64,000 nt of DNA from NCBI GenBank assembly GCA_030704615.1, contig CM060734.1:35030001-35094000 (forward strand), in the 5' to 3' direction. Source of the DNA: Takakia lepidozioides. Lineage: Eukaryota; Plantae; Bryophyta. The notes under the pieces are model-generated. The model worked only from the letters and a program-made list of their open reading frames with translations, was not told the origin of the DNA and searched no databases. Each line of letters opens with the position of its first letter. Positions within the stretch are counted from its first letter, which is position 1. This document shows positions 1 to 11,771 of the stretch, in pieces. The position numbers were made by a program, and so were the translations under genes.

Positions 1-195
1 ATCGCACCGCTCCCTGGGTCAACCTTTATGGCACCCACTTTAGAGGTTATTTCTTCTCTTTGTATCCCTTGGGAATTTAGTCCCCCTGCTAGAAATTTCA
101 GGGCTTCCATCCCCTTTTTTATTTTAAGAAAAAAACTGATAGTGAAACTCATTTGTGGGTGTCAATTTAACTTGGGCATATTTGGTAGGGGATAA

Positions 196-520
196 GGCAT
201 CTCCACCGGGGGTACACCAAACATCATTGCAACGGTAACCTCCTGCGGCCTCCAACACTCCCCTCCCCCAGCGGCAACCCCATCAAACTACCCTGCACGT
301 CTTTTTGGCCTACATGCCTTGCTCCGGAGGGACCACCTGGACAGACGCCGCCTTACCCTCACGCCATAAATGCAGTCGTGTTTTTTAGTCGCTCCAGCAG
401 GTACCAGCCAGGCCTAGAGGGCCTCCATCCTGCACGAAATACGGCCAGGGGTGCGGATACCAGGGCCGGGGGCTCCTTTGCCGTTGCCGGGGCATTTAGG
501 GACCCCTAGTTGAGATGCTC
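196..520. mobile_element. Tourist/PIF-Harbinger-like MITE
   Basis: Ends GGCATCTCCACC.GGGGT / ACCCCTAGTTGAGATGCTC form an imperfect inverted repeat of the GAGCATCTCC type, flanked by TAA at 193-195 and 521-523. GC-rich non-coding interior. Confidence 0.6.
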
Positions 521-1269
521 TAAGGACAAACAACTAAATGGTTTTAAGTTCTAAAATTTAGACTTGAAAGAAATGGTGGGTTTCCTCATGAAACGGGAAC
601 AATTACTGTAAAATCACATCTCTGACCAAATTAGCATCTTATGCATCAGTGCATGCAATCCAATTTCGTTTCTACATAGCCCACCTTGTATATCAGCATT
701 AATGCATGTAACTGGGTTCGCTTATTTGCTGGAGCAAGTGCAATTTACTGGGTTGGTAAGAAATGTCCTATATATGGCGTAATCGGTGAAGGGTTTCGAT
801 CCCAAGGAGCGGTTGATTCCATTGAACACCTATAGTTTGTTGTTTTACACCACCAATTTGGTTTATATGGGTGGATGCCAAAGTGACTGAAAGACGAGAC
901 TACTCAGAGAACAATTGAATGATCTAGTTTCTCTCCGCATGATATATCAAGTAAAAATAAGATAGAAAACCTTGCCGGTTGTTGCATGGCATATTCTATC
1001 ACAATCAGGGCTGCTTTCTCAACAACAAAGATGTCTGTGATCAAACAATGTACCATTCCAGGTATATCATCACCAAGGTGCCAAGTGTTGTTCATCCAAA
1101 CTAATGGAATACGTCCGCAATACTCGACCTGGTGTAACATTCTTGAATTGTAAGCTGCACATTGCTTGTAGAATAGTGCGACATGACAGCCTCTGAACTT
1201 CAACCTGTGTTCTCTGACCTCAGGACTTACAAGATTTGTAGACCTACAACATGAACGGCAATCTTATGA

Positions 1270-1440
1270 GAAGCAACCCTCTTTTAGAAAGGCCAGGAAG
1301 CAACCCTCTTGTATCTCACTTATCCAGGGATATCCAAGAAGCAAGAAGCAACCAAGAAGCAATCCTCTTTTTGGAAGGATATCCCTCTTTTAGGAAGCAA
1401 CCAGGGATATCCTTACCTCCCAGGATATCCTTATCTATCT
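1270..1440. repeat. Modular short tandem repeat region (AAGCAACC / CCTCTTTT / GGATATCC units)
   Basis: Repeated AAGCAACC(CTCTT) and GGATATCC motifs are directly visible. Confidence 0.55.
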
Positions 1441-2565
1441 CACTCTGCATTATGGATACCAAATTTGGCAACTGGTTGCAGACTTTCGTAACTCAGAGAC
1501 AGTTGTGTCATTTCAAATGAGTGGTCAAAGAACAACAAGAATAAACTTCAAAGCATTGCTACCCAAAAGCTCCCCAAAAGCTCGCAAGTCAGATGTATGA
1601 AGTGATTCATATTAACCACCAATGTCTGCTGGGGGAAGGCTATCGAGGATTTCCTCCATTAGTATTGGGGTCCATAGTAAGGTTCACCTGCAGAAAGTGA
1701 AACATAACAAGTTTTCTTCAGTTCCCCCAAGCAATCTTGCAATGGGCCCCAAAGTGTCGGTGATGAAATGTCATTGTGCTGTTGGTGAGAGGCTTCATCC
1801 GCGGTGTTGAGCTGGAGTGCACTGCCTTTATAACTAGAGTAGATTAAAATCAAAGAGAGCACACTCCAGGAATCCAATCGACAAATACGACAATCGGTAC
1901 CAATTCCAAGCAAAAATACTCTTGGTCTCATTTCTTATCAGTTCAAACAACTGCGCACTGGAAGATCGCGACACATTACAAATACCTATGAAACCCCCAT
2001 AAACCTGACAATTATTTCTTCTTTCAATCATCTCCTTCTCTTTTTTCCTTGACATCTCATGGATACGGCCCAAAGTCCAACACAACCTCATGCTGCAAGC
2101 CAAGTGCATGGTTCTGAGGCTGCTGGATATACAGATGGTTTTTGTGCTTGCATAATGACTGCATATCAAGTGTGATCATTATCCTACTGAATTGTCAACC
2201 GACAATCGCAAATAATGTTCATGGCACATTTCAAATAGAGATACCCAACCATCCCAACCCACCAGAAAGATAATCTTCCTACAAATCGGGACTAGAGAGT
2301 AAGATATACACCTTATAGGTATGCCAAATCAGATATCAGATTGTAGCTGCGGGTAATGGAGTTATTCAAATAAGGCCAATGCCTACAACAGAGAGAGATA
2401 TAAAACAACGGATGGTAGAAAGGAAAGTGGAAGCTTTGAGCATGCAAGTCCAAGATTCCACGGTGATAGGGTTAACTGTGAGGTGCCCTTTCCTGCAGAG
2501 AGACAATGTCACAAGCATAAGGCAGTGATGGTGAGCACATGCCTCTTCTGGCTTGCAATGATAAT

Positions 2566-5536
2566 CTATGTAAGCTCATCCTCCTGAGTCTCCTTAGCTT
2601 TTAATGCATTCTTGGCACGCAGCAGCAGCGTTGTCTTCCATTGATCCTGACATTCACAATCACCAAGACAGGTACAGGTGTGAGCAATTCCATCCAAGTA
2701 TTACGTATATATGTGCTGGATTGAGGTGTGAGCTTTCTCAGTATGGCGTTCAACCAACTGTTGCAGACTCATGGTCGTAAGAGGTGAGACCAGCTGGATC
2801 ACCACTAGATGATTTTCAAAGATAAATGTGTTTGGGTAGTTGTACAGCTCTTCAAGGAGATGAATGAGAAAATCCATGCAAGACTCTTCATTTCTGGCTG
2901 CCTAAGCCATTCGTCCATAGTCACATCCATATTAGCAGGGAGGAACACCTGGCACAAAGTACATCTCTTTTTCACTGCAAAGTATCAAAGACAGGTACTG
3001 CAAACCATGTATCTAAGAAACAACTATTTGTTGCATCATAATCATCAGCAAGGTGCCTCAGAAGTGCCTGTACACTGACATTGAAGGTTGCCACGAACAT
3101 CCTTCCTGTCAGTCATCACCACAGGAAAGAGAGAAACATACAAGACGAGACATGCTGTCAAACTCCTTCACAACATCCGTATACTTGACAACGTCCACTT
3201 CATCAATAGCAGCAGCCAACTCCTGAAGCAACACAGGCACCCAGCACAGTCAGCATTTGACAGTAGGTCCGACCTAACTGTGAAGGACGCATATCCAACA
3301 CTAACACAAATAGTACCCACAGCTCTGGTCAAATACTGCCTATTGTACTGCAAATATTGCAAAGCACTCATGCTATATAAACGGCAACATAACTTGTTCC
3401 AACAACTTTCATCTACTGCAATAACCTTGGGGCCCAAGATCACACGCCGGATTTGAATGTTATACGACAGGAGTCAGTGAGGAAGACAGGAGGAACAACA
3501 CAGGGCTTGCTCAGTAGCCTTCTAGTTTGCTCTTGAACATGGCACCGATTTGCTGCCCTAATAACATTACCCAATACAACAATGAAGGCAGTGGAGCGGT
3601 ACCAGCAAAAACTTGCATTCCCGCGTGTTTGAAAATGAAGGATCCATCTCCTGCAGCATCAAATGCACAACATTGTGTCACAGACAAACTAGCACCCACC
3701 ACTTTGCCAGAATTGTGTACAACCACTACCAACTGCTTACTAGGGTCAATAAGACATTAGGTCCATCTCCTGCAGCATCAAATGCACAAGCATTGTGTTA
3801 CATACAAACTAAAACCACTTTGCGAGAATCCTGCACGACCATTCACCAATTGCCCACTAAGGTCAAAGAAGAAACAGCAAAGGGCAAGGGCTGTTACCTG
3901 GTACTTGTCAATTGCATTATGAATAGCCACTTCATCATGCGCGCAGATGTGGCAAAGGCCAGCATTTAAGAGGTAACCCTTTACACTATACTTCAACAAA
4001 TTGCTGTCCAAAGATTGCCGCCCCACCATTTCGTAGATCTCAATTGCTCTATCATACCTGTCAAAACCACCAATTATTGGGACCTCATAACCTCCTTCAA
4101 GATCTAGTCTAAGGTCTAATCTGCCTATGAGCAACAGACAAGAGTTTGTTGGACAGGCAGGATGACATGAAAATTGCAACGTTAGTGAACAGAGAGTCTA
4201 CATGAACTCCTCCAGTACTGAGGATGAGGCCAACTTTCGAGCCCGTGTCAGCTCCATGACTGGAAGAATATGCCCTTTAACAATGATATAGAGTCTAATT
4301 TGCACAGGAACTATGAGATTTGGGCGTTTAAAGGAGGCCATTGCTTGTTTTCACTTGATCAAACACATTAAGAAGCAATAGGGAGATGATGAAACGCACT
4401 GTTCAAGCTGAGCAGAGAACTGGGCAACCTTAAGCTTGCACTGATTGGCTGTACTTTCCGTACCCTCCCCTGAGTAGAGCTCCCCTGCCTTGTCATAATA
4501 CACCATGGCCCTCTCTGGAGACTCCTCCTTTTCATAAAGGTCCCCAATCTCCTGCAAACAGGCTCGCCTGCCTTCATCTCAGAATGCACAAAAGCTGGCC
4601 TTCTCACTGTTTGATGACCATGTGACTACAGATTGACAATGTACCAACACAGAGAGGAAGAGAACATCATGCCTAACTATTGACACAATTCTGATCATTC
4701 GGCAAAAACCCATACCTTATAATGCTTGGCAGCTGTGGATAGTCGCCCAATTTCCTCAAACATCTGGACTGCTGTCAGTAACATTCTCACAGCCTCTGCA
4801 TTGTACAGTAATATCTCGATGAATAAACCAGAGCCTAGAAAGAGACCGAAAGATGTACCACTATTGACAAATCATTGATCTTCACTTTCTAGGCCTTCAT
4901 CCAGACACACTGTTCGAATCACAATCTTCTCAGCTGGATCAACTAAAGATGCTCAAACCTTCATCATAGGAGAAGGACATTTGTAACCTCAACATTGGCA
5001 ATCAAGCATCGCCGTGCACTAACCGTGAGGTTGGGATTTCTTGTAGCAGTTGGCAGCATCCACATATGCTGCAGCTGCTTCATGCTTGCTCTCCAGCTGG
5101 CTCCACCAACAATCCATAAACAATCGTATTTAGACTTAGTTCTGGACCTAGAAAAAAATACTGCTACAATAAATGTCCTGTGAATATATGTCCACTCCGG
5201 AGGCACCCTGCTTCACCAACAAGACAGCCATACCTTCAACTGGCAGTTAGCAAGCTTGATGAATACAGCTGCTGCCTTGTCCCCTGCCACACCAAACCCA
5301 CAAAAGATCTTATACTCCAGCTTATTTAGTTCACCTAATTAGCAATCAAAAGACTGAGAGCTGCAGATGAGAGGGGGAAACAGATAACCGCTGAAAGAGG
5401 AGGTAGCCGTGAGTTGAGGGGACGCTGGCAGGAATAGCCGCTTGCTAAGCCAGACTATTCTTTATGTTCCTTTTAAGATGTTTACTGAAACTAAAACAGT
5501 ATCAACAGGCTGTGCATACTGCAGCCTTGTGCCCGC

Positions 5537-5567
<31 letters not shown>

Positions 5568-5861
5568 CACTGATCGAAAATTCCTATTCTGAATAAGATT
5601 GACATAGCACGAGGAGAAATACTCTCTCTCCACTAAGGTTGCACAGCTACATCCGGCACTAACCCTAAAAGACAAAATGGATGCACGGAAAGCAGAGTTA
5701 ACTAAAGGACACATACATGATTTGGCAAGCTTGTAATTGTTCGCGGACTTCTCCAAAAGCTCGGCCGCGTCATCATACTTACTCCCAAAAAGACCCCATC
5801 CATTCAGCTTCTTCTCTGCCTTCTTCTCAAACTCAGCTCCCTTCGCCTCAAAATCCCCCAT
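2566..5861 (-). CDS. SNAP: Alpha-soluble NSF attachment protein (alpha-SNAP), 9 exons
   Basis: Exons with GT-AG sites: 5861-5717 ([48 protein letters not shown]), ~5283-5234, ~5097-5023 ([20 protein letters not shown]), ~4795-4716, ~4551-4399 ([26 protein letters not shown]), ~4057-3897 ([17 protein letters not shown]), 3650-3603 ([16 protein letters not shown]), ~3222-3142 ([10 protein letters not shown]), 2646-2566 ([26 protein letters not shown]). All are characteristic alpha-SNAP motifs. Confidence 0.95.
3643..3867. repeat. Intronic tandem duplication (~119-bp period) copying the exon-7 acceptor of alpha-SNAP
   Basis: TCCATCTCCTGCAGCATCAAATGCACAA... starts at 3643 and again at 3762, and the similarity continues ~105 bp. 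Confidence 0.85.
5541..5567. repeat. (AG)n microsatellite in alpha-SNAP intron 1
   Basis: Direct reading. Confidence 0.9.
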
Positions 5862-6147
5862 TCCTTCGCACAGAATCCTCAATCATAAGCTGCAGATCAC
5901 TGAGATCACAATCCTCCACCAAATTACAGCTCGTCAGGCCGCAATGCTCAGGGTTTGCGTGATGTGCAACCAACAGAATACCCCTGCTCTGAAGCTTCCA
6001 ATCCCGCGCTCTTTCCCCAGGAATCAACCCGTTTTTCCCCAACCCTAAATCGAATTACAGTTCTCCATTTCCCTTTATTATTACTATTTTTTTTTTCCCA
6101 AAAATAAAAAGGGCCCATGTTGTTACCTGGAAGACAATAGGAATAAT

Positions 6148-6390
6148 GTCGTAGCTCAGTTGGTATAGTGCACTGAGTGCCATCCGGATGACACTCGGGT
6201 CAAATCCTGCTACTTGACGGGTGTGGTACGCTCTTCTCCCCCTTCCCTGCGCGGTGTCGCATTCGGAAAGCCTTACGGCGAGGTTACTGAGAGGTTATTT
6301 TTTCCTTCTCTATCAAGGGGCCTGATTTGTGAGCTGTCGCTCCCAGGTGTTTCCCTTTAAAAAATAAAATAAAAAATAAAATAAAATAAA
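6148..6390 (+). mobile_element. tRNA-derived SINE, copy 1
   Basis: Pol III A box TAGCTCAGTTGG (6152-6163), B box GGGTCAAATCC (6197-6207), A-rich tail 6359-6390. Body is homologous to 17280-17474. Confidence 0.8.
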
Positions 6391-6395
6391 CTTAA

Positions 6396-9300
6396 TGGAC
6401 GAGTGTGATCTGACAGTACTTTCGACGGATTCCGGGGCTCCTCCGGCGGGCCCCCTGTCAAATCCTCCCCACCCCCTATTACCTCGGTTTCATTGTTAAA
6501 TTCTAGCGACGACCAAAGGTCGAAAGCTAGTTTAGTGTGGAACAGATATAGGGTGCCATAGTGCCTCGTCATCGCCGCCACGTTTTGTCATCGCCATGTC
6601 ATCGTAGCCACGTCATCGTCATCAATTTTTTTGGGGACCTGCCCGAACTGCCCGCCCGGAAAACCCGAAAGGAACTCGTCGCCGGAGCCTGCCCGTACTG
6701 CCCGGTTCTTGATCTTCTTGGACTTCTTGTGGTCTGACAGATACAGAGAACGCAGTTCCGCAGTGGTTGCTTCCACCTTGCAGGGATGTTAGCGCGCTTT
6801 GGCAGCAGGAAGAACGTAGCCAAGCTCGTGGTAACTTAGGTCCTTGTGACATCGTGCAACATGTTAATGGGCCAGGCTGTGGGGCAGAAATGGGTACCCA
6901 TTTTAGCAATGTGGGGTCCTGTGATGGCCAGGAAAGTTTCCCAGCCTCCGGGCAATCAGAAGAAAGGTATTAATGGTATTCTCTGTTTGTTCTTTTCTTT
7001 TCGGTCTCTGAAATGTGCTACAAAGCAATCTAGGCTCCATTCTCACCTCAAATCTGGATCCCAACAGAAGCTGATGGAGCCGACCCCAGTCAATGGTGGG
7101 ACAATGGAGACAAAAAGGTGAATGCCCGTTGGACTACAGAGAGAAGCAGATGCAATTCAGAATTGGAACTCTGTAATAAGTAGGGTTGGGGTGTTTGTTG
7201 ACAACCGCAATCGCAAGGTGCGGTTTTTTCTTGATGTACGATGTGAAGAAGTTTGTCCATCCTGCAAATGTGGGCTCTTGGCTGCTGTTAATACCATGAT
7301 TTGGTACTCTTCATGATGTTTACAAGGTTCTTGGGAGAGTCGGCTTGGTCTTAGCAGGCCGTGTTTCAATCTCTGCCTGCTCAGCTGCACCGTGGTGGTT
7401 CAGCCTGTTTTACCCTCTCATTAGACTCGGCCCTGAGATGCATATTGAATTTTGTAAGTTAGCTTTTTGGGTGGATATGTGGTGGTTTGGAGTGATTTTG
7501 ACATGTTGTTGACTAAAAAAGAGGGGAACAAAAGTTTGAGGGATTGGATGCTGCTTCTCCAAGTGATACCAATGCTTTGCAGCTTACCAAAATCTGGAAA
7601 GGGCACCTGTGAGGCAACAGTCTTGGAACCTCTTGGCACATGAAGATATGAGGGTGTAATAGCTCTGGCTCCTTTTTATTGCAACACCGATGAGATTCTG
7701 CATGCTCCTTGATATTCTCTCCAGCATTTGCATTTAGATTTATCTTCAGATGTATCTGGTTGGGATGCACTATTTCTGTTATTGACTTGCATGCCCTCGC
7801 TGGCGATCTTGCAGTCCCATCGAGTGGAGGTTGAGATGGTTGAACAATCTCCCACAAAAGTCAAAGCTGGTGAGCCCTCTATGTCATTTATTTTAGTACA
7901 AGCAGCAACTATTGATGTCATCATGCAATATGAATCCAGCATTTCTGCCAGCTAATAATGAGCCTCAAATACACATCATGATGAGCTAAATAGCTATCTG
8001 CAGTTTGTACAAGCTGACCACAACTTGGTCAAGCTATGTTCTAGCCACTGATGTATGTAAGACTACAACTGATTTTTTTCAGTTCGTTTGCATTATGCAT
8101 TCTTCTGAAATCCTCATTTGATTCAGTAGTTTCCAAAGTCTGTCTTTAATCTTCATGTTAATGCTTTCTGGCAGAGGCAGGCAGCAAAAGTATCACAGGC
8201 GGCAAGAGACAATACACAAGAAAGAATGTTACCATGGTAAGAGATGCATCATTGTCAAGATGAAAATGTATTTCTTCATTTTGCTGGTTGTGTTTGGGTT
8301 GGATGGATTTTTTTAGCCTTGTGGTTACTCTATTCGTTGGTGTTCAATCAAGCTGCCTGGCCCCTAAAATCTTCTTAGGACATTCTACGGCAGCACAATG
8401 TATTGGTTTGTATGCCAACAAGTTTTCTTCTCTTATATGGGGATCCTTCAGAGGTGTCAATCAGTTAGTTGTCATGCCAGAGAGTACAACAACTGGTGAG
8501 TGTGATAGCGAGTTTGACAGTACTCATGGCATCTCCACCTAGTCCTGCAATGAGTATTAATGACCGTTGACGGACACAAGCTTTAGTGGAATTTTTGTGT
8601 ATCGAATAACACCTATTGTATGGGAGATGTCAGCTCTGATGGAAACCTTCATTTGAGCTCTCAGAGGTCGAAGTTGTGAAGGACGTTACCTATATCAAAA
8701 AAATTGAGTTGAAATATCCACAACCGAGAGACTGAGGAGATTTCAGATTCTAGCAAGGAAGTTGTTCATACACTCAAAAGCGGGGTCAGATGTGAAGTGA
8801 TTCCTATCTATGCATTGTCTGTATGCCTTAATTCTTTTTTGTTCTTGTCTTGAGAGAATCCAAGACTGCCACATGCAGTTGCTACAATCTGATGTGATTA
8901 TTCGGAAAATGTGTTGGTTACCTGCCGTCAATTTGGCCCCTTGTTGACAGAAAGTTAAAAAGTTAGTGTCAGTGCTAGGGACATCCATGGTTCATTCATC
9001 TCCATCATCTGTGGGACTTGACACAAACCAAACTTGTCACAGTTTTAGAATGGGAAATGGTAAAACTGTGCGTCTGGAGTCTGCTGAAGTAACTTAGTGA
9101 TTCCTACAGAAGGCACCTACTCCAAGAAAACCACTCTCAGAAAGCACATGTAATCTAAAAATTAACCTCATTCAAGTCACATGGACCTGTGATTGGATTA
9201 AGATACCAAGCTGCTTTTTAAACCTCTAGACTCCAGGAGTTACAATGTCATTCCAATCTGCTATATATGATCGTCACTTATATATGGAAGCTAAGGCACG

Positions 9301-11163
9301 CCCACAACTTCTCCGCACGCAGCAAGCTCATGTGGCAGGGGCAGGAGGCACAACTCCAGCGCCTCACACCACCGATGAGCTAAGTTATGGCGTACCCCAT
9401 GCAGCTTCTCCTTTCCCATCAACCCTTCAAATGATTATTCTGTGGCATATGCCCCACTAGCCAATGTAGCATTAGGTTAAATCCATGCTATTTCAATTCT
9501 GTTGCAGCTCCTATGTTTAGATGCCAGTATCCAAATAGGTCTAGTTAAAGTCTGGTTCAATTTTTAGACTTCCATATTTTATACATAATATACCAATTGG
9601 CAAATTTCAGACCATTGTATAAAGGTCTTTTAACCCCTAAACGACGAGCCGACCCGAATCGGGTCGGCCTGATTTTTCATCCATCCGTAGCATGCACGGA
9701 TGAAGTCTGATGAACGAGCGGCTTGAACAAAAAATGTAGCGCGGAACGAGCTGCACACGCAAGTCTTTATGGCACCCCCAACAGAGAAAAACTCCGCCGT
9801 CAGGAATTTTTTGAAGTTTGGAAATTATAGGATTTTGGGTGGAGGGTGGGGGCACGACAGTTGACCGTCGACGTGGCAGGTGGCAGCGGCAACACGGGTG
9901 GGATTTTGCGGCGGGGGGCAATGCAGGGGTTGGAGTCGGCTGCTTGTGAGGCCCTCCCCAAAACGCCGACGAACACGGGGACGGCTCGAATGAGTTGGCC
10001 CTGGCAAATAATGGGAAACCTCGACGTGGCCCGGAAAATGTCGACAGATTCAGGCGAAATTCCAGCCACCGATTGCCTGACCTGGAGGAGGCCGGAAATT
10101 CCACCAAATCCCACATCCCAAATGCAATTTAGGGAATTTTTGGGGAATTCTTGGGCAGGCTTGTGTAGTTCTTGGCCTATGAGGGACGGACCGTTGGAAT
10201 TCCCAAATGAAGGAGAATTTGGGGTCCCAATGGGGCCTATACCATTTCCTTTGCAAATTTTCTTTTTGGACCCCATTCCAATCACATACAAAGCACCCCC
10301 CCTTTCATTTTGGCAGATTGGGGTGAAATTTGGTGTGAGGGTTTGGGATTGTGCACTTCACAGGAATATAACACTTTTTCTCCCAGGAAAATTTGGGATC
10401 ATGGATAATTTGCTTGGTCAAACATGCACTTTTGCTTTGTTTTTTCCATTTTCAAAAAAATGCACCGTCTTCAAATGTTATAATCTCCCAAACTACACGG
10501 TGGAATCTCCGTAAATTTGGGGGGCTTGTGCATCTTGTAGGTAGGAAGCAGTTTGTACGGTTCATCCATGTGGATGAACGTTGGTGGGCAGGTAGCTGCT
10601 GACGTGTGAGGGTGGATCCCGGAATTGTCCAAATACCCAAAAACACCTCTCTTCCTTTAGGGGTTAAAATCGAAGTGCTCATTGACGATTAATGGACTGA
10701 AAATTACTTTTTAAGCAAACGTGACATGATAACTTTGGCAACACTCCGTCGTTCTTCTTGCGAAGAACAATGAAACACGAGATGTGTATTTATGTAACAC
10801 CGTGGGATGACCCCTGCCCTTTTTGTGCAAATTGAACGAAGTTCTCAGAATTCGTCGCTAGTAGTGCGGAGCAACGCGAAGCTCTAGTACTTATGAATCC
10901 GAGAGGGTTGCAAGCTGTGCAAGCTGTCGTGGGTAGCGTGATGGTAAGATGATAGCAATGGAGGCAGTGAGGTTTTGGGGCTCTGGCAGTGTAACCCTGG
11001 TTGATGTAACCCTCCACTTGGTACACCTCGTCGTGTAACCCAGTGTAACCCCGACTGGAGTTGACACTCTTTCAGTTCCATGTCACTCTCCAGAGAGGGT
11101 GGGGAAGATTTGGCCAGAAACCGGAGTACCATCCTGTCATGACTCCGAGGTTGCATGTGTGCA
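6396..11163. mobile_element. Candidate large degenerate non-autonomous DNA transposon bounded by TTAA
   Basis: AACTTAATGGAC (left) vs reverse complement AACTTAATGCAC (right). Inverted patches CAAATC[C/T]TCCCCACCC (6459-6474 / 11097-11112) and GTTTCATTGTT (6487-6497 / 10766-10776). No transposase ORF recognised. Confidence 0.35.
9634..10663. mobile_element. piggyBac-like non-autonomous element (1030 bp)
   Basis: TTAA at 9630-9633 and 10664-10667. 15-bp TIR CCCCTAAACGACGAG vs CCCCTAAAGGAAGAG (2 mismatches). Subterminal perfect hairpin GCCGACCCGA-A-TCGGGTCGGC at 9648-9668. Confidence 0.7.
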
Positions 11164-11771
11164 TTAAGTTCTTACATTATTACTATTATCTTCCTTGTTA
11201 CCTTGTTACCAAAAAAAATTAGATTACAGTTTTCCATTTCCCTTTATTATTACCATTTTGTTTTGCCTCTCATTATTTGTTAATAGCCATTTCAATGCAC
11301 CTATGGGCCCGCCAGTAGGCCCATGGGGTGAGCGGATAAACCCACCGCCTATTCACAGGGTCCAAATTCTGAATTTTTTCTAAGTCCTGCTTCTTCATAC
11401 CCTCCCCTGAGACTAACTCCTCCGGGGGACTCACTGCAACCTTCGAGAGGACTAACGAGCGGACTGGCCAGCAGAGAAAGGGCCCAAAAATAAAAAGGGC
11501 CCATGTTACGTTGTCCAAAAAAATTAGATTACTTTAAATACTTAATAAAGGAGCACAATAGGAATAATATAAGACTTTGGAGGTTTATTTTGTTGGATCA
11601 TAAACTACTATGTCGACTAGCTGCTGTCTCACATATGCCGGTACAGGTCTATAATACACTACCTCATGCACAAGTATTTTTACTCATGAACAACCGGAGC
11701 AACAGTACCAACTGAAGATTCACAGAAGTTTATTGCTTTTCTCGCTAGGTAGTCTGTGGCCCTCTATGGCA

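Noticed and set aside
6148-6215. Genuine tRNA gene
   Set aside because: A and B boxes are present, but there is no clean cloverleaf or acceptor stem, and the sequence continues into a repeated body with an A-tail, so it is a SINE.
9846-10514. 222-aa ORF as a protein gene or transposase
   Set aside because: No recognisable motif. Several overlapping ORFs on both strands in GC-rich sequence inside a non-autonomous element.
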